NCBI RefSeq assembly: GCF_030028105.1
Contig: NC_092391.1
Coordinates: 47,217,223 to 47,281,222, forward strand
Reading direction: 5' to 3'
Origin: Mobula birostris
Taxonomy: Eukaryota
Length of the DNA: 64,000 nucleotides
The translations under genes and the position numbers were made by a program. The notes under the pieces were generated by a model. The model searched no databases, was not told the origin of the DNA, and worked only from the letters and a program-made list of their open reading frames with translations. Shown here in pieces: positions 25,003 through 38,204 of the stretch (its first letter is position 1; every line of letters starts with the position of its first letter).

Positions 25003-26467
25003 TCTTTTACATTATATGTCACTGAATTGGATGGCTTTGTTGCAAAGTTTGCAGATGATACAAAGATAGGTGGAGGGGCAGGTAGCTTTGAGGAAGTAGA
25101 GAGGCTACAGAAGGATTTAGACAGATGAAGAGAATGGGAAAAGAAGTGGCAGATGGAATACAGTGTTAGGAAGTGTACGGTCATGCACTTTGGTAGAAGA
25201 AAAAAAGGGTAGACTAGTTTCTAAATGGAGAGAAAATTCTAAAATCTGAGGTACAAAGGGACTTGGGAGTCCTTGAGCAGGACTCCCTAAAGGTTAATTT
25301 GCAGATTGAGTCTGTGGTGAGCAAGGTAAAGGCAATGTTAGCATTCATTTCAAGATAACTAGAATATAAAAGCAAGGATGTAATGCTGAGGTTACAAAGC
25401 CCTGGAGAGGCCTCCCTTGGAGTATTGTGTGCACTTTTGAGCCCCTTGTCTTGGAAATGATGTGCTGACACTGGAGAAGGTTCAAAACAGGTTCACAAAA
25501 ATGATTCCAGGATTGAATGGCTTGTCATATGGAAAGTGTTTGATGGATCTGGATCTGTATTCGCTCGAATTCAGAAGAATGAGGGGTGAACTAATTGAAA
25601 CCTATCGAGTGGATGTGGAAAGAAGAGTCTAGGATCAGAGGACACAGCTTCAGAATAGAGGGGAATCCTTTTAGAATGGAGATGAGGGGGAATTTTTTTT
25701 TTAGCCAGAGAATGATGAATCGTCACAGGCAGCTGTGGATGCCAAATCTTTACATATATTTAAGAATGAGGTAGATAAATTCTTGATTGGTCAGGGCATG
25801 AAGGAATACAGGGAGAAGGCAGGAGATTGGTGCTGAGAGGGAAAATGGACCAGCTATGATGAAATGGTAGAGCAGTTTTGATGGGCCAAATGGCCTAATT
25901 CTGTTTCTACATCTTATAGTCTGATAGTCTTCTGGTCTAAAGTCACTTTTTCCCACTGTAGTGAGATATATATATATATAAAACAAGAGGGCACAGGTTC
26001 AATGTGGGAAGAAGGAGTTTTAATGGGGGACTGCAAAGAAAATCTTCCACGCATAAAGTAGCTGATATCTGGAACTCACTTTCTGAGGGAGTGGCAGAAT
26101 CAGACGCTGTGGTTAGGTGTAAGTGACATTCACACAAGCACTTGAGAAGGTAAGGCATCGAAGGATTCAGCCCAAATGGGATTACTGAAGATGGACAAAA
26201 GATCACCATGGAGGTAGTGGACTGTAGAGCCTGTTTCTCTGCTGTACAATCTACTGGTTTTGCTCGACTACTCTGAGAGAGGCCCAAAAGTTTATCGTTG
26301 GTAGATGAGTTGACTGGTTAAGAATGTTGATTTCCTTTTTTAAAGACCATTAGTGAAACAGATGATTTCCCCCCCCTAATAATCCAGTAGTTTAACTGAT
26401 ACTGGGTTTATGTTCCACATTTTAACAAATTACATAAATTCCCAACTCCCATGGTGGAACTTGAACA

Positions 26468-26770
26468 TGGCAGCACAGCGGCATAGTCACTAGTGCTGCT
26501 GTCTCACAGCACTGCTACTACATGAGTTCAATCCTGACCTCAGGAAGATGTCTGTGTCTGTTTCCCTGAGTTACACAGTTTCCAATCCAGAACCAGGAAA
26601 TCTGCAGATTGACAAGGTTAATTGACCACTGTAAATTTTCCCTGATGGGGAGAGTTGATTGGAATGTGGGGAGAATAACAACGTTTAGCATTGGACTAAT
26701 GGAAAGAAAATCAGCATGCACTTGTGAGGCTGAAGGAGCATTTCCATGCCCTGTCTTTCCATGATTCTAC
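26468..26770 (+). mobile_element. V-SINE
   Basis: tRNA-like head with GAGTTCAATCCTG, core GGTTAATTGACCACTGTAAATT, CR1-like tail. Confidence 0.65.
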
Positions 26771-27011
26771 CTGTGACTCTTGACACAGGTTCAATATTCA
26801 GGCCTCTGGATACTAGACCGACAACTCTACCAAAGTTGGGTATTTTCTACGTTTGACAGGATCACAAAAACAAAGGCCTTGCAACTTCCTCAGTCACGCC
26901 CCTGGTCCAAGCTGGCTCCCATCAGCAGATCAGCCCCAGTCATATGTTCTCCATTCTTCCCCTGAGTTCTGTGTCCGCATGCTCATGGGTCAAGTCTCAT
27001 TGTTTTTTTTT

Positions 27012-27647
27012 GATTATGAGGACATGCAGTCCTCTTTTATTGTCATTTAGTAATGCATGCATTAAGAAATGATATAATGTTTTTCCAGAATGATATCACA
27101 GAAACATATGACAAACCGACTTAAAAGTTAACAAAAACCATATAATTGTAACATATAGTTACAACAGTGCAAAGCAATACCGTAAGTTGATAAGAACAGA
27201 CCATGGCACGGTAAAAGTCTCAAAGTCTCTCGAAAGTTCCATCATCTCACGCAGACGGTGAACCTCCAGCGTCGCAAACTTGCCGATGCAGCATCCTGGA
27301 AGCATCCGACCACAGTCCGACTCCGAGTCCGTCCGAAAACTCCGAGCCTCCAACCAGCACTCTGACACCGAGCACCCAGCACCATCTTTGCCGAGTGCTT
27401 CGACCCCGGCCCCGGCAACAGGCAATAGGCAAAACCGAGGATTGGGGGCCTTCGTCTCCGGAGATTCTCAATCGCACAGTAGCAGCGGCAGCGAAGCAGG
27501 CATTTCAGAAGTTTCTCCAGGTGTTCCTCCGTGCTTCTCCCAGCTGTCTCCATCAATCAGGATTGTGCACGGCCCCTAGTTAACACATACGATATCATTC
27601 AGAACGGCCGCGTGCGCTGCGTCGCGTCGGCATCTTCTCCTCCCTCC
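27012..27647 (-). mobile_element. Non-autonomous retroelement (family A), longest copy
   Basis: 5' GGAGGGAGGAGAAGATGCCG; CpG-rich body; 3' AATAAAAGAGGACTGCATGTCCTCATAATC stem-loop. Confidence 0.8.
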
Positions 27648-28804
27648 TTTTTGGGGCTCAGGGTCAGGAGGTCCCTTTGTCTGTCTGCTCCACCCACAAG
27701 CCTGTTGATCCACTCTGAGGGAACATGGCCGTAATAGCTCTTTCCCATCAGGAGGTCATTGGACTAGCCACTGCCCACCTCATCCTCTGCTAGCTTTCCT
27801 CTAGAAGTGTAAAATCAGAACCCACTTCAACCTGCATCGGTGGTTCCATCCAATCACAAGTCAGGAGTTGCAATATCCAACCAGGGTGACTTTCATGGCA
27901 ATAAAGCAAGGGGTTTACTAAAAACGAACGTGTGAACTGCTTAACTGCCAAGGAAATCCACAGTGGAAATATCAAACAAGGCTGTTTCAACCCAAATTGG
28001 AAATATCTGCTCCATTAAAGACACACAGGCAGAAAGGAAAACTAAATGGAAGTTGAAATAAGATCAACAAATGTAAGCAATGTCAAAGCAGGAGAGAGGG
28101 CTTCCATTCCCTGTTCAAACCAATTGATTCATTTGATGCTTTGATTTTTCTAATGTCTCTGATTTTGAAAATGAGACATGTCCATTTAGAGCAGGACACT
28201 AACTGAGGGAAGATATCTATTTCTGAAACAAGGAAGTGGGAGAGTTCAGCTTATAATTTGATATACGATGTATGATTCGGAGCTGCATCCACGCATGGAC
28301 CAAGATGATTATTTACTTATCATGTTACCAAATAAGGGTTTGTATCCTGCTATGTATGTTAATCTGAAATGAAAATCAGCATTGTGTTATTTCAGTGTAC
28401 AAGGAGAAGAAACTTGAAGTGAGCAAAGTTATTTACATTAAGTTTAAACCTTGCTGCTCCCAGTCAGTGTCATGCCATGTGAGAATCATCTCAATTACAA
28501 CTGGGACAATTACAGTACATACAGTAATTTTGTGTTAAAGTTCTGATCGCATGTAAATGGATGGTTAAGTAATTATGGTTTGCGTTAAAGAACTGTCATT
28601 CAGTGAGCAAAACACTTAAATTTTGGACATTTATGTGGACTCAGTATGTCCCTTAAGCCAGAAATTCTTCCACATTCTTAAAGCTCCAGTCTGTATAATA
28701 ATCCTGAGGAAAAGTTTATCTATCATGTGGTATCTTTCAATTGCTTCAGTGTGTTAAGCCAAACCTTAACTGATCCAAACGTAATACAGCTCCAGTCACC
28801 AAGC

Positions 28805-29240
28805 TGTTGATATTTATGATACTTGAGGTCATAGGTTGGGGTTGAACAAGGATGTTATGTCCTAGCTGTCTACGATCAGTCAATACGCAAGCCAGGGCTG
28901 TACGATATGGAGAGCAAGCTGTTGCCCATGCAGCAGGCTCCTCCTCTCCACACAGGAGCGGCAGAAACCGATGCAGTTTGGCACCAATGGTGTCGCAAGA
29001 GATGCTGGTCAGCGTCAAACTCAACGTAGGACTGCCTTAGGGACTCCAGTTCCAGCTTTTTCCTCAGGGTTTACTCCCCCACGAGAGTGGGTATAGCTGC
29101 AAGGCCAACAAGTCCTATTGCCCGAAGCGACTGGTTTTAAGCCACCAGTAACCCACCTTTGCCCCTTCTCCTGTCAGCAGAAACGGTTCCATTTGCTTAG
29201 TAGCTAAGCACCACGAGGCTGGATCTGGTTGTCAGAGGCC
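28805..29240 (-). mobile_element. RTE-like non-coding fragment
   Basis: Motifs GTTGCCCATGCAGCAGGCTCC and GGACTCCAGTTCCAGCTTTTTCCTCAGGGTTTACTCC recalled from RTE-clade UTRs; not verified by search. Confidence 0.45.
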
Positions 29241-29732
29241 ACTGGAAATCCTCAATCTGATTAAACGGGGCAACATAAATTCACTTCACTTCAGATCCTT
29301 CCCTAATTACTGACCTGTCGTGTGTACCTACATCTGCACTATGTAACATCCCTAATCGACTGTCTACAAGACTGAGTAGAGTTGGTAATAAAACGTTCCA
29401 GAAATTTGATCACATCCTCTTCACCCCTTCAATGTCTGATAGCTAAAACTATCAGTAGTGGCTGTCAGTAGATACTCTGTGGATGGGGTCACAGCAAGGT
29501 AACTTGGTTGCAGGTTCACAGGCAACAGTTCACATTCCATGCTGTGACAGAAGATTATCAGTATGATCTTGACAGCTAGTCCTTTTGATCAATCTACAGG
29601 AGGGTTTAAAAAGGTCTCTATTTGAACAGCTGCACGGAGCCACCTCCTGGGCTGTTCTTTCGATGTTGGCCCAACTACTTGTGTTCGCTCCCATTTATCT
29701 GGGATGGCTGCGTTTCAATACTGTTTGCAATT

Positions 29733-30098
29733 CTCTCTCCCTCTCCCACCCTGCTCGCCCCTCTCTTCCCTCTCTTCCCCACTCTCCCCCCTCTCCCCTC
29801 TCTCCCCCTCCCTCCCCCTCCCTCCCCCTCCCTCCCCCTCTCTCCCCTCTCTCCTCTCTCTCCCCCTCTTCCCTCTCTCTTCCCTCTCGCTCCCCTCTCT
29901 TCCCCACTCTTCCCCCTCTCCCCACCCCTCTCTCCACCTCCCCTCTCTCCCCTCTCTCCCCTTCCCCTCTCTCCCCCTCACCCTCTCTCACCCCACCTCT
30001 CTCCCTCTTTCGCCTTCCTTGTCCCCTGTACTCCTCTCTCCCTCCCCTCCCCTCTCTCCCCCTTCCTCCCTTCTCTCGCTCTCTCTCTCTCTTTCTCT
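29733..30098. repeat. Polypyrimidine/polypurine low-complexity tract
   Basis: About 365 bp of almost only C/T on the + strand. Confidence 0.95.
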
Positions 30099-31702
30099 CA
30101 GGTTCATTCTGTGCAATGACATTGCTAATGGGTGGACTTGGTCCCTTGTTCTGTCTGTGAGGCCGGCAAGGTGGAGAGCCATAAAACTTAACCTGAGCCC
30201 AGTGGTTCCACGGCTGCCTCGCCATTTGTCACAAGCACACCTTTGCTCCTATCCACCTGGGAGTGAAGCCTGCCTTTGCAAGAAGCTCCCTTACCATGAC
30301 TTGCCCACCCAGCTGTGTGAGGACTATCTTCTCTCTCTCTTCTGGCTCTCCCCAATCAGCAATATGTTGGTGCAGTTTTGCACTCTCTCATCGTATTAAC
30401 CTGGTTATAATGGCACTTCACACTTACATATAATCTTACTAAATTGGCTCCGGTCATTTCTTCCAATTTCTGTCACGTCACATTTTCTGTGGCTCCCTTT
30501 GCCCTTTGATCTGCACAGTGTTCCTCACTCCCCTTTCCAGTGTGCCTTTACTCTAATTTCTGCTCCCTCTGCAGACAGCTGCACTACTTCTAACAACTCT
30601 TCACAGTGTTTGGCCCCTAACCTTTGGATCTCCTGATATGATTCCCACACGTTGTAATGTCTTCTGTTCCTGCTTGGGATTGCTGTCTCTCTGTGGGCCA
30701 TATTGTCTGCTTTGGAAATCACACGTTTGCTGTCCCTGTCTTGTCCATGTTATTTCTCCTTTCCCTGAGTCTGATAGCCCCTGCCTTACTTGGTGTGTCT
30801 ATCCCCAGAACAGTTATCTCATTGTTTGGGGACATCCAAAAATACGCAGAAATCTGCAATTCTTCAATCTCAAGTACCTGGGGCTGACTTCTCTCTGTCC
30901 TCATAGTTTCACCTCCTGCACCGATAATGTAAATCACCTCTCTAGCTGTGGACAAGAATAGATACTAACAACCCTGTATCCACTAACATTTCACATTGCT
31001 GATCCCCCTAATAAACCTCTTCGATACATCTGTGGGTGACCACACGGGCAATAGAGGCTGCTGCCGGCCATCTCTCTGACCTGGATGCTGACTTCACCAT
31101 CTCTATAACCTGGTGAGCAGTAAAATCAGACAGAGAGGACACTGCTGTGGATTCTACCTGCTCTGGTGAGTGGTTCTCACACCTTCCTCCCTTTCTAGAA
31201 CACTGACTCCAAACATGGCCCGAAAGGCCATAGCTGTGACAAATCATCTCCAAATATTCAGACAGTTCCATGCTTGGTGCCCTGGCTGCCAGCACACAAA
31301 GTAAGTCTTCTGTGTCTGCACAGCAGCTACATCCACAACAAGCACTTTATGACTTACCTTCCTCCTCCTCTGGTCTATCTCACCAACCCATGATACTACA
31401 GTGAGGTAGGTCGATCCTCAAATCTAAAACTTTCAGGTGAGCTGAGCTCAGGCCTTCCTTCAGCATTTTCAGGAAGACGGGATCATCCCTCCCTAGATTT
31501 CCCATCCCTCATAAGCTTGATATTCACGTTCTGCATAATCCATGACAGGCTCATCAGTTCTCTGAATCAACAACATCATCGTTCCCCAGTCGTGCCTCAG
31601 TTCCCCATTAAAGAAACAATATTTCTCCTCATTACTGACATTCCTGGAAGTTGTCCACGTACCATCCCACGCCCCCCGGAGCATACTATCCCGCATATTC
31701 AC

Positions 31703-32322
31703 AGGTTCAAAGGTCAAATTGAATGTCAGGGAAATGTATACAATATACATGTTGAAATGCTTTTTCTTTGCAAACATCCACAAAAACGGAGACGTGCCCC
31801 AAAGAATGAATGACAGTTAAATGTGAGAACCCCAAAGTCCCCCCGCAGCTCCCCCCTCCAGCATATTAGCAGCAGTGAGCAGAAAATCCCCTCACCCCAC
31901 CAGCAAAACAAAACGCGCATCGGTACCATCACCGAGCCCAAGTATATGCAAAGCAGTAGCAAAGACACGGACCGAAGTTACCCCAACAGCTTCATATTTC
32001 ACCCAAAATTCTCTTTCTCCCTGGCAAGGGAGAGGGACATGCCCCCCATTTTCACAGCGAGCAGGAGAGATAACAACATCCCGCTGGTTTACGATGTTAA
32101 AAGTCCATATCATCGCTTTTATTGAGCTCTGTATCCGAAAATCGCAAAATGGGACCCCGAGAACAGGTCCCATTCCTGCAAAGAGCCAAAGCCTGCATGT
32201 AACTCCAGGTCAGTGTCTTCAAAAGAACCCTGAAAGGGAAAAATGAAGATATAAAAGGCAGAAATAGAGCTGTTTCCGAAGATGCAAACAAAGAAGTCGC
32301 TGTTAAGTGCCACCATTCCTCC
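31703..32322 (-). mobile_element. Non-autonomous retroelement (family B) inserted in the ERV-like gag
   Basis: Homologous to 18484-19290 at both ends; gag-like reading continues on either side. Confidence 0.75.
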
Positions 32323-32879
32323 TAAGCTCTGCTTCCTCAAGCACTTTGCTTTTACCAATGTGTGTATGTTTTTTGGGTACATCTGGTGAATCTCAACCAT
32401 TCCCTTGAACTTGCATCAACATTCTGAATGCCCACAAGCAGCCTTAAGTGAAGACAGCTCAGACAAAATGCTCTGCTTCTCCCTGGGGGTGAAGGGCTTA
32501 TGGATAGTGGTATTCAGGGTCAAGCGCTGGTTCGGGTTAACAGGATTCTCAACCCAGCTGATCTCAATAGGTGCCTTCCTGACAGATATACCTGGGTATA
32601 ACCTCTCCCTCCAATATCACCAAACTATTTCCCATTTTAAGCAAAAGATAAGGATGGATAAAAATTAAACAGTACATACATAAACCACAGAGTATATGAT
32701 CCACTGTCTTCCAGTTCTGTACCGCTGAACTCATGATGCCTCATGTATTCCTTTCCATGTGAGAGTCTGTTATCCCAAAGTTTCAATATACACACACCCC
32801 TTTTGTGTCCTGAATGATCAGTAACCACCTTTCACAACTGGTGGCCTTGTCTCACCAAAATACCCCAAAATGTCTAGTC

Positions 32880-32884
<5 letters not shown>

Positions 32885-32927
<43 letters not shown>
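32885..32927. repeat. (AC)n microsatellite
   Basis: Perfect dinucleotide run. Confidence 0.98.
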
Positions 32928-32929
<2 letters not shown>

Positions 32930-33640
32930 TTACATCTACCAGTTCAGTTCTCCACCATGTTGTTCATGATCTCGTGGTTGTTGACATGAAACATGAGTGC
33001 TACTCTTGAAAATACCCATCAACTTCAACTGCTGCAATTACATGCCACAAAATGGGTCACAAATGTATCCTGGGCGAGCCCCCAAATGTTGTGGCTGTGC
33101 TCAAAATCTCTGGAGAAACAATGAAGTTGCATGGTATGGAAGTCTTTATTTTTCACAACAAGCAGGAATAATTCTGGAGACACTCCTGATAGAGGCTCAC
33201 AAACTCAATGAACATCACATTTTTCGTACCCTTAAGATTAATATTAACAATAGGTGAATCAATACAGTTTTAACAGTTACAATGACATTGTTTACCTCAA
33301 TACTTTAGGTCGATAATGCTTCCTGTGAATTGTATACACACAATGGAATACACCTCTGAATGCTCAAAGGCTGGGACATTTCCCTAAACTTACACAACGG
33401 TGAAAATTCCTTAAACCCATATTTGATGTAGGGCTATGAACACAAATCCATTGCTTTAATTACAGTATGTACAAGCATCTCATGCTCACCATTTTGCAAA
33501 CCATATCTATCTGTGGGCTAATTTAACTTCAATTTACTGCTTGCAATTTATGATAAGAACTAGAAGCTCATTGCCAGCTTCCTGTACTTCCTGAAGGCTG
33601 GTTCTTGTTTGAATTAGAATCTGCTATATTCACATAACTA

Positions 33641-34395
33641 CAGAATACATAGAATATAGAAATCTACAGCACATTACAGGCCCTTCAGCCCACAATGCTG
33701 TGCTGACCATGTAACCAACTCTAGAAACTGCCTAGAATTGTCCTAGCACATAGCCCTCTATTTTTCTAAGCTCCACGTCTTAAAAGACCCTATTGTATCC
33801 ACTTCCACCACCATTGCAGCAGTGCATTCCACGCACCCACTACTCTCTGTGTGAAAAACTTAACCCTGACATCCCCTCTGTACCTACATCCAAGCACCTT
33901 AAAACTGTGCCCCTCGTGTCAGCCATTTCAGTCCTGGGAAAAAGCCTCTGGCTATCCACACAATGAATGCCTCTTATCACCTTATACACCTCAGAAGTGA
34001 CCTGATAGAGGTCACCTCCATCGCTCCAAGGAGAAAAAGCCAAGTTCACTCAACCCATTGCTCTCCAAACTAGGCAGCACCCTTGTAAATCTCCTCTGTA
34101 CTCTTTCTAAAGTATGCGCATCCTTCCAGTACTGAGGTGACCAGAACTGAGCACAGTACTCCAAGTGGGGTCTGACCAAGGTCTTATATATTTGTAACAT
34201 TACTTCATCTCTGGAACTCAGTCCCATGGTTGATGAATGTCAAGACACCACATGCCTTCTTAACAACACTGTCAACCTGCACAGCAGCTTTGGGTGTCCT
34301 ATGAAGATCTCTCTGATCCTCCCCACCGCCAAAAGTCTTACCATTAATACTATATTCTGTCTTCAAATTTGACCTACCAAAATGAACCACTTCTC
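33641..34395 (-). mobile_element. CR1 3' fragment
   Basis: YKTLVRPHLEYCAQFWSP; HFGRSN; (AGAATAT) tail. Confidence 0.9.
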
Positions 34396-35117
34396 ACTAC
34401 TCCTTAACATATACCATTGGGGGTACTTAAAAGGTAGTGGGATCTTACCCCCACAACTCTCCCCATGGTAATACAACCTTAAGAAACCTTACAATGCCTA
34501 GACAAGTTGAATATGCGGCAATTTTTAATACAGATGTGATCCACTTTCATGTATCTGCAGTTCTTCAAACAATAGGCAGAATGAGATGTACAGAGTTTGA
34601 TTTTTTTAAATTAAAATCAATCTGTTGTGTCAAAGGAGTCCCAGATTATTCTGAAAAGTGAAGTAAATATTGTGCTATTGATTTACAGGCTGTATTTCGT
34701 GGAACATCAAAAAATTGATGTCAGCTTGTCACATCTGATTGGAGTAAGCAGTGTTACTGAAGGGTTGATGTAAAAACTGTTGTAAAATGGCCAACGAGAC
34801 TGAAAGGAAGTTGTGTTTTATCAAAGGATGAGAAAGTGGAGCATATTTTGTCTAAGTTAATGTTGAACTGTAAGTTCATGGAATTCTAAAGATAGAACAC
34901 AGAAACAGGCTGTTCATCCCTCTGTGTCCATATCAAACATCAAACGTTCATTTATACTCACCCCATACTCATCCCACTTTTTATGCTCATCACCTCTGAT
35001 CATCTCTGTCCTGATTTGCCCTCTCACCTGTCCTGGGGATGCAGTTACAGTGTGCGCCTCTGTACGTTTGTGTTTCTGCCTGTATGTTTGCTTGTGTCTC
35101 TCTATACAGGAAATAGA

Positions 35118-36180
35118 AGATGAAACATAGAACAGTACACCACTTTACAGGCCTTTCGGCCCACAAAGTTGTGCTGACATTTTAAGCTGCTTCGAGATCG
35201 ATCCCTTTCCTCCTCCAAATTCCTCCATTTTTCTCTCATCCATGTGTCCATTTCATAAATGTCCCTAATGTATCTACCTCTAGTACAGCCTGGGCAGTGT
35301 GTTCCATGCATTTTACCACTCTCTATATAAAAGTGCTACCTCTAACATCCCCCCTCCACTCAGTTCTCCAATTAACTATTGCCACCTTCGGAAGAAGGTG
35401 CTGGTGCTGGTATACCTCAAAGTTCCAAGTACATTTATTATCAAAATATGTACACATTATACATCCTTGAGATTTGTCTCCTTACAGGCAGCCACAAAAC
35501 AAGAAACCCCCCGGAAAAAAAAAATATTAAAGAAGACCAACAAGCACCTAGTGTGCATTGAGAGAGAGAGAAAAAAAACAAATCATGCAAACAATAAAAG
35601 TAAGCGAACAGCATTTAGAATGAAGGTGAGTCGTCAGACATGAAGCCAGGAGCAGTCGGAACAGGAGACAGCCTGAGCCTTACTGCAGTGAAGAGTAGAG
35701 TGAACATCGTGGAGCAGTGAGCAAAACTGACCCGACCCTTGCTTCTGGACCTGACACCCTCTCTCTTCAATCTATCTGGTCCAGCTTTTAAATCATCCAA
35801 TTATCATGTCATTCCTTGAACTAGGTCTTGGACTCTGTCACCACGTTACAACCTGTACCCCACCTTTCCAAATCGGCCCAGTACTTAACTCGATCAAACT
35901 TTGCTCTCAGTGTAGGTGGATGGGCCTCGAATCTGCCTCTCCTCCTTTTCTCCAATTTTGCTCTGCTCCGCTCACTCTGACTGCCTTGAATATGCCTCAA
36001 CTGTGCTCCGACTTCATCTCAAACATGTCTTACCTTGCACCCGCATGCTTTGACCCTTCATTCTTTGCTGTGATCGTTTACCACAGAAAAAGGGTTTTTA
36101 ATGAATAGTTCAGCTGTATTTCTTATTTTGTTAACCACCAATAAGTTGTCATTTGCCCTCAGCAGTGGCATTTTCAACTG
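35118..36180 (-). mobile_element. CR1 3' end followed by a family B-related non-autonomous element (about 35420-36180)
   Basis: ACAGGCCTTTCGGCCCAC stem-loop; AAGTTCCAAGTACATTTATTATCAAA tail type. Confidence 0.55.
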
Positions 36181-36189
36181 GATTCACTA

Positions 36190-36396
36190 TGTGTTTGTGT
36201 GCTTCTGCCCGTAAATGTGAGTGTGTCTGTGTGTCCTGTATGTGGGTTTGTGCAGGTGTCTTTGTATGCATCTGTGTATGAATGTATGCATGCGTGTGTT
36301 TGTGTCTGCATTATGTTTATGTGTATGTGCATTTACTGTTTTTGTGTCCATGTGTATGCATGTGTGTGCCTTTGTGATTGTGTGTGTGTGTGTGTG
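36190..36396. repeat. Degenerate (TG)n tract
   Basis: Imperfect TG repeats. Confidence 0.85.
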
Positions 36397-36842
36397 TTAG
36401 CGGGTGGCATGTGAGGTCTGGAGTTGAAGGCAGCTGAACCCCCAAGTTACCACTTCCACTAGGTCAGGCTATGGAGATTCTGTATCACTACCCCAGAGTT
36501 CTGAGCCACTCCATAAGAATAGCTCCTGCTAATCCATTCTTGTTGTAGCCCTACTAGCATAACAGTCAAAGGCGAGAGGTGTGGGACATGCTTCCTAACC
36601 CACACCCACCTCTGAAATTACCTTCTCCCCAAGACCATGGTGAAGCCTAGTGGAGAATGACCCTGTGTCTCCTGCTGATGGGTTACCTTCCGGCTGGGTC
36701 AGGCAAACGTATCAATAAACCATCCGACTGTAGGTCAGCTCGTGCAAAGCCACACCAGTCTGCTTCGACATTTCCGTTAATATTGTATTTGTTCTTGATC
36801 TACATTTGATCTGTCATCCCCAGGTAGTTCAGTAGTGGAACA

Positions 36843-37240
36843 ACACAGTGACACAGCAGGTAGTGCTGCTACTTCACAGCTCTAGTGACCTAGGTTCAAT
36901 CCTAACCTGGCTGCTGACAATGTGGATGGCCTTTGCACGTTCTTCCTCTGACACCCAGGGTTTCCATGGGGTGCTTAGGTATCCTCCCTCATCCCACAGT
37001 GTGTGGGTTGGTGGGTGAATTACTGGCTGTAAATTGATCCTACGGTGAAGGTGAAGGACTATTCAATATGGGGAGAACAGTTTAGTTTAGCTGAGGGGCA
37101 AAGGCAACCAAAATGGAACTGATGAGTGTGACAGAGGGAATAAGTTCCAGGGTTACAGAAGATCAGAGCAGAAGAATGGGACTGGTAGACCTGCTCTGCT
37201 GGGAGCAAGCATGAATCCAATGGGCTGATTGGCCTCCTAT
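36843..37240 (+). mobile_element. V-SINE, decayed
   Basis: GGTTCAATCC B box, V-domain-like core, ATGGGCTGATTGGCCTCCT tail. Confidence 0.6.
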
Positions 37241-38204
37241 ATGATATTTGTAATGTGTATAAATGACTAGGATGGAAATGTAGATGGGTGAGTTAGTAGA
37301 TTTGTAGATGATACAAAGATTGGTGGTGTTTTGGATGGCATAGATGACTGACAAGGAATACAATGAGATGTACAGAAGATCAGTTGCAGATGAGGGCAGT
37401 GAAATAGTAGATGGAGTTTAAACCAGCCAAATATGAAGAGCTGTACCTTGGTGGGTCAAATGTGAAGAGACAGTTTGGGTTGCTCGGAGTCTGGTCTAAA
37501 TTCTAACTTCATTGATAGGACTCTCGTATCAGCTACCATCTCACACGCCTCCCCTTCTTCCCACTTTTTATTCTGGCCTCTGCCCCCATCCTTTCCCGTC
37601 CCGATAGGGATCTCTGCCCAAAACGTCGAGTGCTCGTTGAGTCCTCTATAGAAGTTGCCTGACCTGCTGAGTTCCTCCAGTATTCTGTGTATGTTCCTCA
37701 AGACTTCCAGTATCTGTAGGATCTCTTGTGACTGCCCTCATATCGATCGTTTCGTTGTGGCTCATGCCCTGCCATTGGTCAAAACGCAGAATATCAGCAG
37801 CTTGGCTAAATTAATTTGGTGGGATTGGTTTCAGCCAATGAAAATGCATGAGGTTAAACTTTTATGAGGGACTACAACCTAACTCCACATCCAGGCTGCT
37901 CCAGCCAAGGTGAAATGCTGGAATAATACTTTAGTTCAGGAGATATAGAAACTTCGGGGGAAAGGTGCAGTGTTACATCAACTGCAAGGGCAACATTGAA
38001 GGAAACACCATATGACAGTGAGTGTGAAAGGAGAAACTTTGCCAAGGCAAAGTTTAACTCAAGCAAATGAAGCAATGCTCTCTATTCACCGAGCCAGAGC
38101 ACCTTCATTACTTACCATTTTCATTAGATTCTTGCATTCTTGAACCTTGATTCACCATTCTTATTAACAAGGGAACATGCAGAGACATTAGTAACAAAAC
38201 AGGT

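Larger units (their letters stand above)
22690..25935 (+). mobile_element. CR1 LINE ORF2 remnant carrying two nested insertions
   Basis: KSPAPDGVYSKVLKE, DWKIANVTPLFKKG, DFQKAFDKVPH, GVPQGSVLGP, KFADDTK; 3' tail at about 25930. Confidence 0.95.
29415..32860 (-). mobile_element. Degenerate, internally deleted endogenous retrovirus-like element (gag-pro-RNase H-IN C-terminus-putative env)
   Basis: Collinear minus-strand motifs: HKPFTPREKQSILSEL (about 32500), DWG..IQRTDEPVMDYAER (about 31560), CHSYGLSGHVWSQC knuckle (31199-31241), MLVDTG (30972-30989), EELLEVVQLSAEGAEIRVKAH..ADQRAK (30495-30605), GGQVMVRE..GFTPRWIG..WNHWAQVKFY (30181-30310). Confidence 0.75.

Noticed and set aside
29585-30399. 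Long Pro/Ser/Leu-rich and Arg/Glu/Gly-rich ORFs
   Set aside because: They are artefacts of a C/T tract that lacks stop codons.
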